DNA of 60,000 bases from Amphiscolops sp. MND2022. Lineage: Eukaryota. A program made the position numbers and the translations under genes. The notes beneath the pieces are model-generated. The model was not told the DNA's origin and did not search any database. It saw only the letters and a program-made list of their open reading frames with translations. The DNA lies in the NCBI GenBank assembly GCA_964187785.1, contig OZ076413.1, positions 48,734,001 to 48,794,000 on the forward strand, read 5' to 3'. Below, one piece after another: positions 24,500-36,499 of this stretch (positions are counted from its first letter, which is position 1; each line of letters starts with the position of its first letter).

Positions 24500-27400
24500 T
24501 CAATCGGAAAAAGAATCGTATGAGGATTCAGAAGACATGGGTTCTTGTTTTATCACACCAAACTCGGGCGTATCTGGGGAAATAACATTTGAAGAGGAAT
24601 ACTTTTTCTGAATTGCTTTGAAGTTCTGATGATGAGGGTTGATAAATATTTTTTCATTGTTAAGATCTTCGGTCTGTGGTTCACTTTCAATCGGTTTTCT
24701 TCGCTTCTTTAGCTTTTTTCTTTTCTTCGATTTCTCGTCACCATGGTGACGAGTCCTCCTCTTTTCTTTCCCATGTTTCCGGGACTTCTTTTTCACTTTC
24801 TTTGAAGATTCATGGTGCCGTTTTTTGGTTTTCACTCTTCGTTTTTTACGGGCCGTTGAACGACTGGGTGACCTTGAGTCAGAGGATGAAAAACTGTCAG
24901 TACTGGATCGTGACCTGGGTCTTTTACGAGGAGGAGGAGGTTTGAAGTCACTACTAGAAAAAGATCTGCTTCTCGATCTATTCGAAGGTCTGGATTTGGG
25001 TTTAATTGCAGTATGAGAAAAACTAGGTTCAGTGAAACCATCAGCATTGTGTTTGGATCTAATTCTATCTGGACTTCTCTGTGACTTGTTTTTCCCGGGT
25101 CTACCGTCTGGGCCATCATCCAATCGCGATGTGCTGTTTCCTCTGTTGTCATCCATGAAGTCATTCATGAATTTGTAATTTGGGAAATACGTTGCTGCGA
25201 AGGAGGCAGCAGCTGCGTTGTACACAACTGATGCATCAGGGGCTATAACAGGTGGGAACATGGAAGGTGGGGGTATTGGGATACCCAGTGCGGCGGGTTC
25301 ATGTGCTTCTTGCTTAATCTTCACAGGACTGTCTAAACCGCTTCCTCTGAAGTGACTCGAGCTACTTTTCTTGTCCGGTGAACGGGGTCCTGGATGCTGA
25401 GCCCCTGATTGCGACATAGAGCTTGACTTTCGTTTTTCAGGCTCGTAATTAATTCTTCCAGGGTCATCTGGATCTCTTCTAACAACAGTGGATATCGACA
25501 GAGGTGCTGAATCGTGATTCGAAGACAACCTTCTATTTCTCTCAGCAGCCATTTCTTCCATTTTCCTTTGTTTTAGAAGTTTGCTTCTTTCCATTTGCTG
25601 TCGTTCTCTTTCAGCTCTTGCTGCTTCTCTTTTAACTTTCTGCTCGGCTTCTAATTTTGCGGCTTCTTCGGCTGCTTTTCGTGCTTTTTCACGGGCAACT
25701 TTCTGAGCCTCTCTTGATTTTTGGCACTCTTCTCTGATTTTACTCGCCATGAGTTTTACCTCTTCGTCCGATGATTCATCGCTGTCTTTGTAGTAAGGCA
25801 AATCGCGGTCCAGTATATATTCCGCTTCGTTTGGCTCGTGAATATAATTATCCGGCAACTTCTTCAAGATGCTGACAAAATTTTCGATTTTTCGTTGAGT
25901 GCGGAACTCCTTGATTGATAGAATGGCCATGTCGATGTCAGGTATCATCAATTCGTCGTCGAAATTAGACACCCATTCGCCGACTACATAATCTTCATTC
26001 AAAGGCATTTTCGCGAAACACCTCTTTTTCATCAAATTGTTCACTCTTTCGAAGCTAGGCTGGAAATTTTCAAAACACATACACATGACGTCGGGAATGG
26101 AAGAGCTCTTTGTTCTAGTTATTCCAGTGCCGTCGTTTTTGACGGAAACAAACTCACTTTTCATGTCTTTACGTATCATTTCAGTGACAAAAGCATTCAA
26201 ATCTTTTTCAGCCTTCTCTCGTCTCAGTTTCTCAAGTCGTTCACGCTCTTTTCTCTCCCGTTCACGCCTTTCAGCTTCTCTTCTTTCCTCTTCCAACTTT
26301 CTTCTCCGCTCTTCTTCCTCTTTCTGCTTCAACTGAATCAGCTTCTTCCGCTCTGCGATCAACGTTTGTCTCTCTTGTTCACGCTTCTTCTCAAACTCTT
26401 CCCGCAATCTCCTCCTGACTTCTTCGCGTTTTTTGAATTCCACTATTTTCTGTCGTTTCTTTTCTTCCTCCAACCTCTTTTTCTCTTCATTCAATTGTCT
26501 TTGCTTTTCAATTTGAGCAGCCAACATATCACGTTGCTTCTCCAAAGATCGCAACTCTTCGTCGATATAATCACTGGAGCCTGATCTACCAGGTGGATGG
26601 TAATTCTGAAACAATAAAATCGGGTAAGAATTTTGAAACGATCATTGCCATGTTATATTTATATTACTTTGCCAAGTTAATAATATCTTCTGACTACTTC
26701 GCAAGACACAATTATGCTCATTTTTATGAATGAAAAACTTTTAGTCCTAAAAACAAAGAAATGAAGAAAAAATGGAATCAACTTCAAGAGAAGGAAATTT
26801 TTCTTTGAAAATTCAATCCGAAAAATGCTAACCCGCCAGCTTTCAACAGACTCGTTGTAAGATGAAGGTGGTGTCAACAGTCGTCTGGCAGGATGAATGG
26901 CCATTTCTCGGTTCCTCATTTCCTCCTCAGCTTGCATAGCTTCTCTTAGAAGCCGTTTCTGAAGGCTATCGGGCTCATCGTCACAAATATTGTAATCTGC
27001 ATCTCTACTGTCAAGCCCGCTTCTTGCAGGAAATGGGTTGTAAGTAGATGAGAAACTTCGATCACGGATGTCACCAAATTCCATAGATAGTTCTTCTGAT
27101 GTGAAAGCGGTGCCTCCCAGCCGTTGAAACACAGCTTTGCGATCAGTGATACTGGAATCGTCGAGATGGAAACGTCTCAAGGCGGATATTTTACGAGGAG
27201 GTTCTTCGGCTGTAGAAGCTGCCGTACGTGCAGGTGACGTGGATCTTTCCCAAGGGTACTTAGACGAAGAAGAGGCTTTAGGAGATTTACGACTGACCGC
27301 CTCTCGCTGCTCTCTCAAAAAGGAGGCAAGAAGTTGATCATCGGTAACTTCGGGCGGTAGCTCACGGATGACTTCAACTTCTGAGTCATCATTGGTATCA

Positions 27401-28620
27401 TCCGAAGGTGGTAATTGAGTTTGTCTTGATTCTATTGCACTGGGTGAATTTTGCACGACAGGAGCAATTCTTGGAGGCTGATCCTTTTGACATTCTATGG
27501 CATTAACCTCAAGCACTTCATCTGGGGAGGTAGTTGAATCCACTACATCATTGCAAATCGATGATGATTGTGACGCAGATCTGCATATGACTGCAGGGTT
27601 GTCGGTGGAGGAATCAGCCACGCCAGTCTGATTCGCAATAGAAGACTCACGAGTTTTGTCGGTAGCACTTGTGCAATTACCAAATTCAGACTGGCTTGAA
27701 GATGTAACCTCTGCGGCATCGTCGTCCTTTTTGGCATTGTCTACAGATTCGACGGATTCTGATGCTTCTTTACTATCATTTCCCACAATGGCTGTCTTCT
27801 CAGAAGCTGAACCTTCTTCTAGACTCACACTTTCGCTGGTTTTACCTTCCTCCTCCGCTTTCTTGAGCGCCAATTGCTGCTTTATCCTCAGAGCTCTTTT
27901 TCCAATTATATTTCCAATTGGGTTTTTGTTATACTTATCGTATGGGTCTTCCTTTGAGGATGCCGGATTCGCAGACGAGACATCCAGAGGAGGTTTGAGC
28001 GGTAACGTAGGCGTGGCAATAGGAGGTTGCTTAGGCTCTACTGATGTAACAGAAAACGTCAGAGTTGGTTCATCAGCGGCTAGAAGTGCTTCTTCCACCA
28101 ATTTAGGAGTTCTTTCTAACTCTAGAAGCTGCTCGTTGATACTCCTTATCTTCGCATCAAACGAAGTCTCTGAGCTAACAGCAGAAACCGATTTATTCTC
28201 CTGGCAAAACTTCAAAATTTGCTTTCGTTTTTCCAAATAGTACGGGTCAGATGTATGATCAAAAGATGACAAATCAACTTTAAGACTGGAGTAAGCTGGT
28301 GAAGAGAGCAAAGTCGAAGGTGGTTTGGGAAATGCAGGGTTGAACTCAAATGTACTCGGTCTGGAAACTTCAGGAAAGCCGCCAGCAATGGAACTGAATA
28401 TCATACTATCGTCGATACTCCTTCGCTGAGGAACCAAGGTGTCAATTTTGTATTGCGCGGATGGCACCCGCAGGTTGTAGTGTCTAGTTTCGGCGTCATT
28501 GTGTAGTTGAGGGTCGCGTAAAACGGGCGTATGAAAAGTAGTTGTGTGTGGTACGGGACGTTGAGCTGTGGGTACAACCCGTATGAGCTTGAGGCCCGGA
28601 GGTAAAGGGGTGTCTAGCAT
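24500..28620 (-). CDS. Uncharacterised ~1297-aa low-complexity protein (Ser/Pro-rich N-terminus, Glu/Lys/Arg coiled coil, RS- and Lys-rich C-terminus); exons 28620-26833 and 26605-24500
   Basis: Two long ORFs joined in phase 0 by CGG|gttagc...tttcag|AAT; no family recognised. Confidence 0.8.
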
Positions 28621-29399
28621 TGTGGGTCGTTTACATGGTCCTCAAAAGTCTGAAAAATACCGTGGGGTACAGTATTACACTCACAAAACAGTTGAAAAAA
28701 TTCTCAGAGAAAAACATTTTGAGTAGGTTCAGGGGAAAGCTGAAGGTCAAAATCTGGGGTGATTCACGAGGGAAGGCTATAGTTAATGACAAAACTACTG
28801 GTGATAACCAAGACTATTAATTGTTTAGGGTTATCTTGACGCACAATTCAGAATTGTATTTTCTGAATGAGTTCCCTTTTCTTTGTTACTTTTGTGAGAT
28901 CATTTTGACACTGCAAAAAGGCTCTTTGCAAAAATGATTAAATGAAAATGGGCGATATCCAATACTCCTTAGGAAAAACTTCCCCTCAGTCGTAAAAATC
29001 AATTCATTTTTTAACGGTAATAAGCATTAAGAAAACAAAAAAAATGTAGTCTTGAAAATTTCTACAAAACTTGTTATCGATATCACAGCTTAATAAAGTA
29101 AATTTCATCTACAATTTGAATGACATATTAGAAGTTTTTCAACAAGCTCTAAATTGTCTCTACATCCAGACCTGAGTTGCTCGTTTCGCTGCACCATCAC
29201 ATTTCAGGGACAGATTAAAGGTGTCATTCTCAAAGAAAAGCACTTTCCAACAAAGCAGTGATAAAAAAGAAGCTGTCTCAAGACAAAGCCAAGTGTGTTC
29301 TGAAGCCTGCATCAGCAGGCATCAATCACTCCAGAGAAATGTTTCTGGTAAACCATATTTTATCCCAATGTGATACGCTTTGCAATATCCATATCTCAT

Positions 29400-31235
29400 T
29401 CAGGGTAGAAACAAACAGTACCTGTTCAAAAAGGAAAGGCAATAGAGGGGGAGTGGGACTTTTTATTGATGAAAGGTTTGAGCAGTTGGCTTAAATAATC
29501 AAAAGACGATTGACGTGAATAAAATGAGTTTCCCACTCTCCCCGAGTGTCCAATCGATGTTTCTCTACCAGTTAATTAATTGTTTGGAACTTTGTAATAT
29601 TATACAAAAATTCAAGAATAAGAATTCGTTTGGCCCCGATGGAATCAGTAACAAGGTAAACTCTGCTTCAACTCAATTATTGAATCTCTTCAAATACTCA
29701 TCAACCGATGCATGCGCGAAGGAAGTTTCCCGAAAAGCCTAAAAATAGCTTAAGTGGTTCCAATCTACAAATACGCAGACAAAAACAAATTTGACAACTA
29801 TAGACCTATCTCTATGTTGCCTGGATTGGCGAAAATTTTTGAACGAGTAATTTATAATCGCATGGTTTCGTTTTTGCATACCTTTTGTTTGCTTGATGAA
29901 AATCAATTCGGATTTAGACGAAAAAGGCAAACAATCGATGCCCTTGCATGTGTAATAGAATCAATCATATCGTCAATAAGTATAAAGGAAAATGTGTGTT
30001 GTATCTTTTTGGATCTGGAAAAAGCCTTTGATACAATAGACCACCGGCTTTTGTTGGAGAAGTTGTAAAACTTAGGTTTCAGGGGCCCTGTTAACAAACT
30101 GATACATTCTTATTTGAATGACCGATTTCAATACATGCAAATTGAAATGAATTTTCGGAAACTGTGGCAGTCACATGTGGGGTACCACAGGGTTCGGTAT
30201 TGGGACCTCTTCTTTTCTTGCTTTATGTGAAAGACCTTCCGTATCGCATTAGCGCCAAAGTGACGATGTTTGCCGATGACACAAATGTGCTTGAAAGTTT
30301 TAGTCAGTCAGATCAATTATCTCTGAAAAACTAACTTCACACGATTGATGAATGGATGAAGTACAATAAACTAAAATGCAATCTTGATAAGTCAAAGGCG
30401 GCAATCTTCGGTAACAAAGAACACGTACTCGAAAGCTTGAAAGGATTGTATTGAAAGAAGCCTCAAGTGTGAAATATCTGGGTGTTCTAGTTGATGAAGA
30501 ACTAACATTTAAGGATCACGTTGAATTAGTTAAGAAAAAATTGAACAAATGTTTCTATGCTGTGTTGAAGGCACGTCAAGTGCTGACGCAATCTCAGATG
30601 TTGTTTTACTATAAAACCCATGTCAAACCAATAATTCAGTATGGAGTGCTCATATATGGAGGAACCATGAATTCGAATTTGCAGCCCATTTTGAAGATGC
30701 AAAAAATGATAGTTAGATGTATCTTTCACCTGAGCTTCTCAAATAGTGTCAAGGAAGTGATGAACAGTAATAAAATTCATACTGTTATGAACTTTATATG
30801 TATGATATTACAAAATTCATGCTGAAATGCCTGAAAAATGAACACTGTATTGAGTTTCTTAATTCTTTGATAACCCAAAAAACTACGTCTTGTTATGAAC
30901 TACGGGTGGCAGAAAGAGCACATGTGTCGATAACCCGTAACAAGCATTGTAAGAATTCTTTATCAAACAGAGTGCCGAAGTTTTTTAATGAACTGAATTC
31001 TTGGGGAGTCCTTCCGAATGAACCTTCACTCGAATCAATGACTAATGGTATGATTGATACTTACTGTCATAACTTCATGGATTCTTACATTCTAGGAAAC
31101 CAGGACCTAGTTGATTTTCTCTTTGCCTTGAATAAATGAGTGCCACTGCGGGCTGGAAAAGGGGAAAATTTTTAATTGATCACATCTTGAAGTTATTGAG
31201 TATTGAAGTCCGGAATAGCTTTCTATTTAAAAAAA
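29400..31235 (+). mobile_element. Degenerate CR1/L2-group LINE (APE remnant plus RT)
   Basis: RGGVGLFI, GPDGIS, NYRPISMLP, NQFGFR, FLDLEKAFDTIDH, GVPQGSVLGPLLF, MFADDT, KYLGV; several stops/frameshifts; boundaries approximate. Confidence 0.9.
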
Positions 31236-31949
31236 CGTAGTCGTTTTATGACTTAAAACCAATGTAATGTATCTGTATGGTTGGTGGTGGTGAATCCACC
31301 CATCAAAAATTCCCGAGAGTTTAAAACGGTTACATCCATTTTGTAAAGAAATGGTGCGCAACCGTCTCTACTTTTCGCATGCATTTATCCCTTCCTGTGC
31401 TCAGTTGGACGGTCCATGTCCGATGTAGCCCTTCCTGAGGGTTACGTAGGTACATTCCGCGGTAAGTAGAGGGGAGAAGTGTATGTGAAGAAGTAAGGGA
31501 ATTACAATTGAAACCAATTGAAGAAAAGTCCGGGAAGGACAAAAACTTCCGATTTTTTTGCGTTTTTCACTCCCGTTTTTGGCCGATTTCTCAACCAATT
31601 CAATTCAAGAGAGCCTTGTGCACTACGTCAAAGTTAAACGTGTAAACTGAAGGCTGTACAGAAATGTCCTCACTGGATACAAGAAATGTCTCCTGTTGAG
31701 GCCTTTTAAGGAATTTTTTTACCTCTTAGCGACATCCTATAACTTTACATCAGTCTCCGGCTCAAAAAGTTTCTTTTCCGAAGCCTGTAGCAACATATAA
31801 AACTTAAGTGTCACGTTAGAAGTTTAGTACAAAAGCAGAAGCGGTATAGTATTGTTCTTATCATGAAGGTAATCTTTTTAAGGAAGTTTGATTCATTTAC
31901 TACTCGTGACTTTCCATCAACTCAAGTTATTTAAGTTTATTCAATTTAT

Positions 31950-32100
31950 TATTTTTGAAGCCACGAGGCTTCCTGTTGAGCGGGCACTAGCCCTTTGGAA
32001 GTCTCTTCCTGATTTCTTAACTAAGTTATTGTTTATATGTATATAAATTGAATATATTTTATGTATTGAAATCAGGATAAATAAATTATTATTATTATTA
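31950..32100 (+). mobile_element. Probable LINE 3' UTR fragment with aataaa and (TTA)n tail
   Basis: Short GC-rich stem region, AT-rich stretch, ends aaataaattattattattatta. Confidence 0.45.
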
Positions 32101-32179
32101 TGGTCTGACGAATAGAAACATGCCATTGTAATAGTCGGGCTCATTTTGTTAAAATGTGCCGACTAAAAACACATCGAGG

Positions 32180-32950
32180 TCATTAACAGTGTCTGTGGAA
32201 TGATTTCGTTCTTGACTTTCAAAACCAAATTTGCGGGCAAATTTAGCGCCACAAAAGCTTCATCCAAATGGCTGCTCTCCGATGTGAACTCTTTCATGCC
32301 GTTGTAAAATCATGCCCCGTTTCATCCGCTTGAATTTGGCATCGCAGACAGTACATGTGAAAGGTTTCTCTCCTTTGGTTCCCAAGATCCGAGGTGCGAG
32401 CAAAACTTGCACCACAGATTAAACACGGGAACGGCTTTTCACCAGAATGGACTTTTCATGGGTCTGCATATCGAACTTCCGGGCGAAGTTAGCAGCACAA
32501 AAAGAGCATTCAAATTGCTTATCTTTTATGCGGATCTTCTCATGTCTCTTCAAAAGAGAACTACTGGCAAACTTGACTTTACACTGTGAACATATGAAAG
32601 GCTTTTCTCCGGTATGAATTTTCGCATGCTGTTTCAAATCGGAACGACGGGGAAATGAAGTGCCACAAAAGGTGTATGAAAAAAGTTTATCACCAGAATG
32701 AACAACTTCGTGACTCTTCAAATAAAATTTTTGGGCAAATTTGCACCGCAATGGTTGCAACAAAAAGGCTTTTCTCCAGAATGTATCAACCTGTGCGACA
32801 TCACTTGGGCACGCTGCTGGAACTGAGCACCACAATCGCCGCCATTAAAAGGTCTTTCATCAGTGTGAGTTCTTTCGTGCCTGATCAAATTGCATTTGCT
32901 TAGAAAACTGGAATCACACTGCGAACAAACAAAAACTGTCTACACGTCAT
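32180..32950 (-). pseudogene. Decayed tandem C2H2 zinc-finger array (~9 fingers)
   Basis: Repeated CxxC...HxxxH with HTGEKPF/HSGEKPF linkers across several frames; frameshifts, one stop and lost Cys/His residues. Confidence 0.85.
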
Positions 32951-33149
32951 GAAATTTTTTACTACCACTATAATATATATAATTCGAGCATAATTTTCAG
33001 AATTTTTTTTTTCAATTAGATGCAACCATGTGAAAGAACGCTGTAAGTCTACAATTGATAGTGGCTATACGGCCGTAACTCAAGACAAGCGTTTGGTTTC
33101 TCTGTCACCGTATTCATCGGATATTGCTGCTGATACATACAAAAAATTT

Positions 33150-33495
33150 CGGAACAAAAAATGAGAATTTTGAAACCGTCTCAGTGCCGAAAAACTTGAA
33201 GGGACCCTTTGGCGACAAAACAAAATCGAAAAAAGTCGCACAGTGCCGAAAAAAAATCGAAAGAGGGGGGACCCTTTGCACTAAGTTTGCCTTGGCCGGA
33301 CTTGTCCTGAGTTGTTTTAGTAGTTTCTGTAAAAAGTGGACCGATCAGTGTGAGGACTGTGGTCTGAAGAAAAAAAGAAAAAAAGGTCACTGTAAGAGTT
33401 AGGCATTTTTCCTTAAAAGGAAAAACCGCCGGCTAAAAAGGTCACTAAAAGAGTCGGGCATTTTTCTTTTAAAGGAAATTGCACCGCCTTAAAAA
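33150..33495 (-). repeat. Family A interspersed repeat fragment
   Basis: cagtgccgaaaa subrepeats, ctgtaaaaagtggacc (reverse complement of 7510-7526), duplicated gtcgg...ccg end palindromes. Confidence 0.6.
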
Positions 33496-35293
33496 CATGA
33501 TGACATTAGTAGAGCTCGGTCACTGTTGTCAGAAACGACCATCAATGTTGTGAACGACGAATTTGATTGTTAGTCAATTATATTATCTGAAAAAAAAATG
33601 GTGTTAAAAATTGGAATAGAACTTCCCAACTCAATTTCAGTGGAAACTTTCTGCAAGTGGCAAATAGTCTGGCTCTTCGTTCAGTGTCTAGCTTGAAGTG
33701 CGGTTCACAACAAAGCATTTGCTTTCGACAGCTTCCAAAACGTTAAAGACGCCATCGAGTTTTGATTATATGTAGCAAAAATCGTTTTATTCAAAAAACT
33801 GGTTTATGGTTTCATTTTACAAACATTCGTTCGAACAAACAGCATACCGGTTCATTTGTATGCGGATGATTCGGATATCTAGTTGATGCGTATGTCCCAG
33901 AATCCCATAACCTCGACAGTGATTTCGTCCTCAAATGAGAACAGCGGATTTTTTCGCAATCAATAAAAAATTACGGAACTCAAAAAGCATATAGGAAAAC
34001 AAAAATTTGTTTCTCTTATGAACAATCTATTGGACTAACCTGGGTGAGTTGTTGTGTCAATGTAGTTTTTTACCGAGCCACAGCCAAAAAAGTAATTGGA
34101 AAAAGTGAAAATTCGAAAAAAAAAACAAATTTCAAAAAATTGGCTTTTTCTCAAGTTACTTTCCCAGTCTAGTAACACAGTAGGCCACCATTGAAAATAC
34201 ATATAGAAGTTTTTTCATTGAAGCTTCAGCTGTGATTACGACCGGCAAAGCCGGGCCCGCGGCACGGGGTGGTGCCCTCACCCCAGCAAGTGGTGCCAAC
34301 TCTCAGCCTAACTAGTGTTCATTTGAAAGCTTAGGTAAAAGGCTTTCAGGAACAAAAAACCGATTTGAGCTGCGGCAATTATTCGTGGAGAAATGAAGCT
34401 TTGAAAAAAAATTGCCCAATTTTCGTCAATTTTCCAAATTCTCAGCGTACTGGAGAGGATAAGAAGAGAATTATACTGTTTGGTTACTTCAAACTTCTCA
34501 TAAGTCGAACATTTTTATTAACCCTTCTATTTGAAAAACATACTGATTCTGGTAGGAGTCGGGGCTGTAGTTGATTAGATTGAAAACACTTCTTTTCTAC
34601 TCTGGGTTTTTAGAAGAGGTTATATCCGCCTTCAGATGACTCGAGTTTGAGACCATGGCTTGGGACATTCATTCAGAACATGACAAATAAGATACCTAGG
34701 CGCAATAGCTTTCCTTTGATATGTTGAATCGAATGTTCATCTACAAATTGCATAATCAGTACGGTGCCATCTAACTTTAAGATTCACAGGCTCAGACCAA
34801 TATTTTAGATGTGCATGGCACATTGACCTTCAAAATCGCATTGGTATTGAGCAGGTTAAACTGAATAATGCTTGAAAGCATAGCATAGCTAAGAGCAAAG
34901 AAGGCCTCAAAAGCTACTAGACAAATCTTAGTCAAATTTATCGATTGAATTAACAAACAAGACGTATAATACATATGATGACTTTCACAGATCATTTCAG
35001 CTCGTTAATAGTATAGACTCGAATCAGAAGTTATTTATGAATTCTCGGCAGTGGGAAACTCCAATAGCTTCCAAAGATATCCCCTCAGATCAATTTTCGA
35101 ACTGGTTTGCCAATCCGAATACTGAAAGTGACTCAGTAGAAATTGTGAAAATGCAGAAAACATTCATATCTATAACAATCAGATGATTTTTGGGGTAAAA
35201 TCTATTTCAAAACTCTACAAAAATTTCATTTCAAAAAAGACTTTCCACAAAATCTTCATTTTGATTTATGTCCAGAAAAAACAAGAGACAAAA

Positions 35294-35442
35294 CGCTTTT
35301 GTACGAGACGGAGGGAACACGAGTGCTTAACGATGAAGATGGTGACCAACTAAAAAGTTTGCTGCCAGAGATTCTAAGCAAACTTTTTGTCGACAATTTT
35401 CATTAGAAAGCACTCGTGTTCCCTCCGTCTTGTACAAAAGCG
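35294..35442. repeat. Small foldback/MITE: 35-bp inverted repeats with ~80-bp spacer
   Basis: cgcttttgtacgagacggagggaacacgagtgctt / aagcactcgtgttccctccgtcttgtacaaaagcg, 1 mismatch. Confidence 0.85.
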
Positions 35443-35971
35443 CTTGATTTGGAATACGCTAAGCACAGAATTTTGTTGTTCAACTAGTGAATACACATGA
35501 TTTCATGTACACAAAAAGTAACTAAAAATTTCGAAAATTGAAAAAAAATGGATGATTTCCACTCCTTTGGGTCATTTGACGCGCTTTTCGAATAAGAAAC
35601 AGCAAATGTCTTTTCCAAAATGCTTACCGGATTCCGGATTCAGTTGATGGTGGATATTCACACCATTCTAACCCCCGAAATAGCTCGAAAAGTTTCCAAA
35701 AATGCATAAAAACGTCAAACACTTTTTAGGGGTGTTTCTGCGTATTTTTCTACCTGCCAAACAGCATCATTTTTCTTTGAGAGGCATGGGTAGTTATTTC
35801 GTTAAGCGCTTAGTGAAAAAGAAATATTCAACAAAAAAGTCGAAAAAATGAACTTTACCTTCCCGTGAATTTTTTTTAAATTTCCGTAAGTTCTATGTTG
35901 CAGGAATGGAAGTTCTTTTCGAAATCCATATTGGCAGCTATATTTTTCGACACAGAGGCCATGTACTTACT

Positions 35972-36449
35972 AAAAATAGGCCCCTCCGGGGCTCAGTACT
36001 ATTTCTGCTTTAATCTTTATTTTTTTAAAACAAAAAATCATTAATAAAAGAATCATATCTGGAATACCAATACACTCCTGTTTAATCATTACTTAGAGCA
36101 CAATTAATCACTGTACAAGTTTACACCGCCTTTAATTCTTCTCGGACTAAAGAAAATATAACTAAGCGTAGACGAAGTTTCGCATTCGCATTTGAATGCA
36201 GGCGAAGCTCTCAACGAACGAATAATTAACACTCATTCGCTTCATCTCAATGACGTCAGCATACGAATGGATAATTACCACTCGCTCGTTCTATCGCACT
36301 AGAATTGAATTGTTGTCGGCAGCTTTCCCACGCTTACACTCACTGCCGAACAAAATATCTGAATTATTCAGTAGGACGAAATTTGACGACTGAAAAAAAA
36401 AAAGGACCAACTTTGAGGTTACAATAACATTCCTGCTAAAGCAGAAATA
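35972..36449 (-). mobile_element. Helentron/DINE-1-like element, family B, copy 1
   Basis: 13-bp sub-terminal IR tatttctgcttta/taaagcagaaata, terminal palindrome with attcctgc, hairpin gcccctccggggc next to an A/T run; homologous to 41369-41955. Confidence 0.7.
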
Positions 36450-36499
36450 TTAATAAGGAAAACATTCGGAAAAGGTGCAAAACTGGGAGTATGTGGTGG

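Noticed and set aside
19009..28240. Many antisense and alternate-frame ORFs within GCN2 and the orphan gene
   Set aside because: Expected shadows of long coding exons
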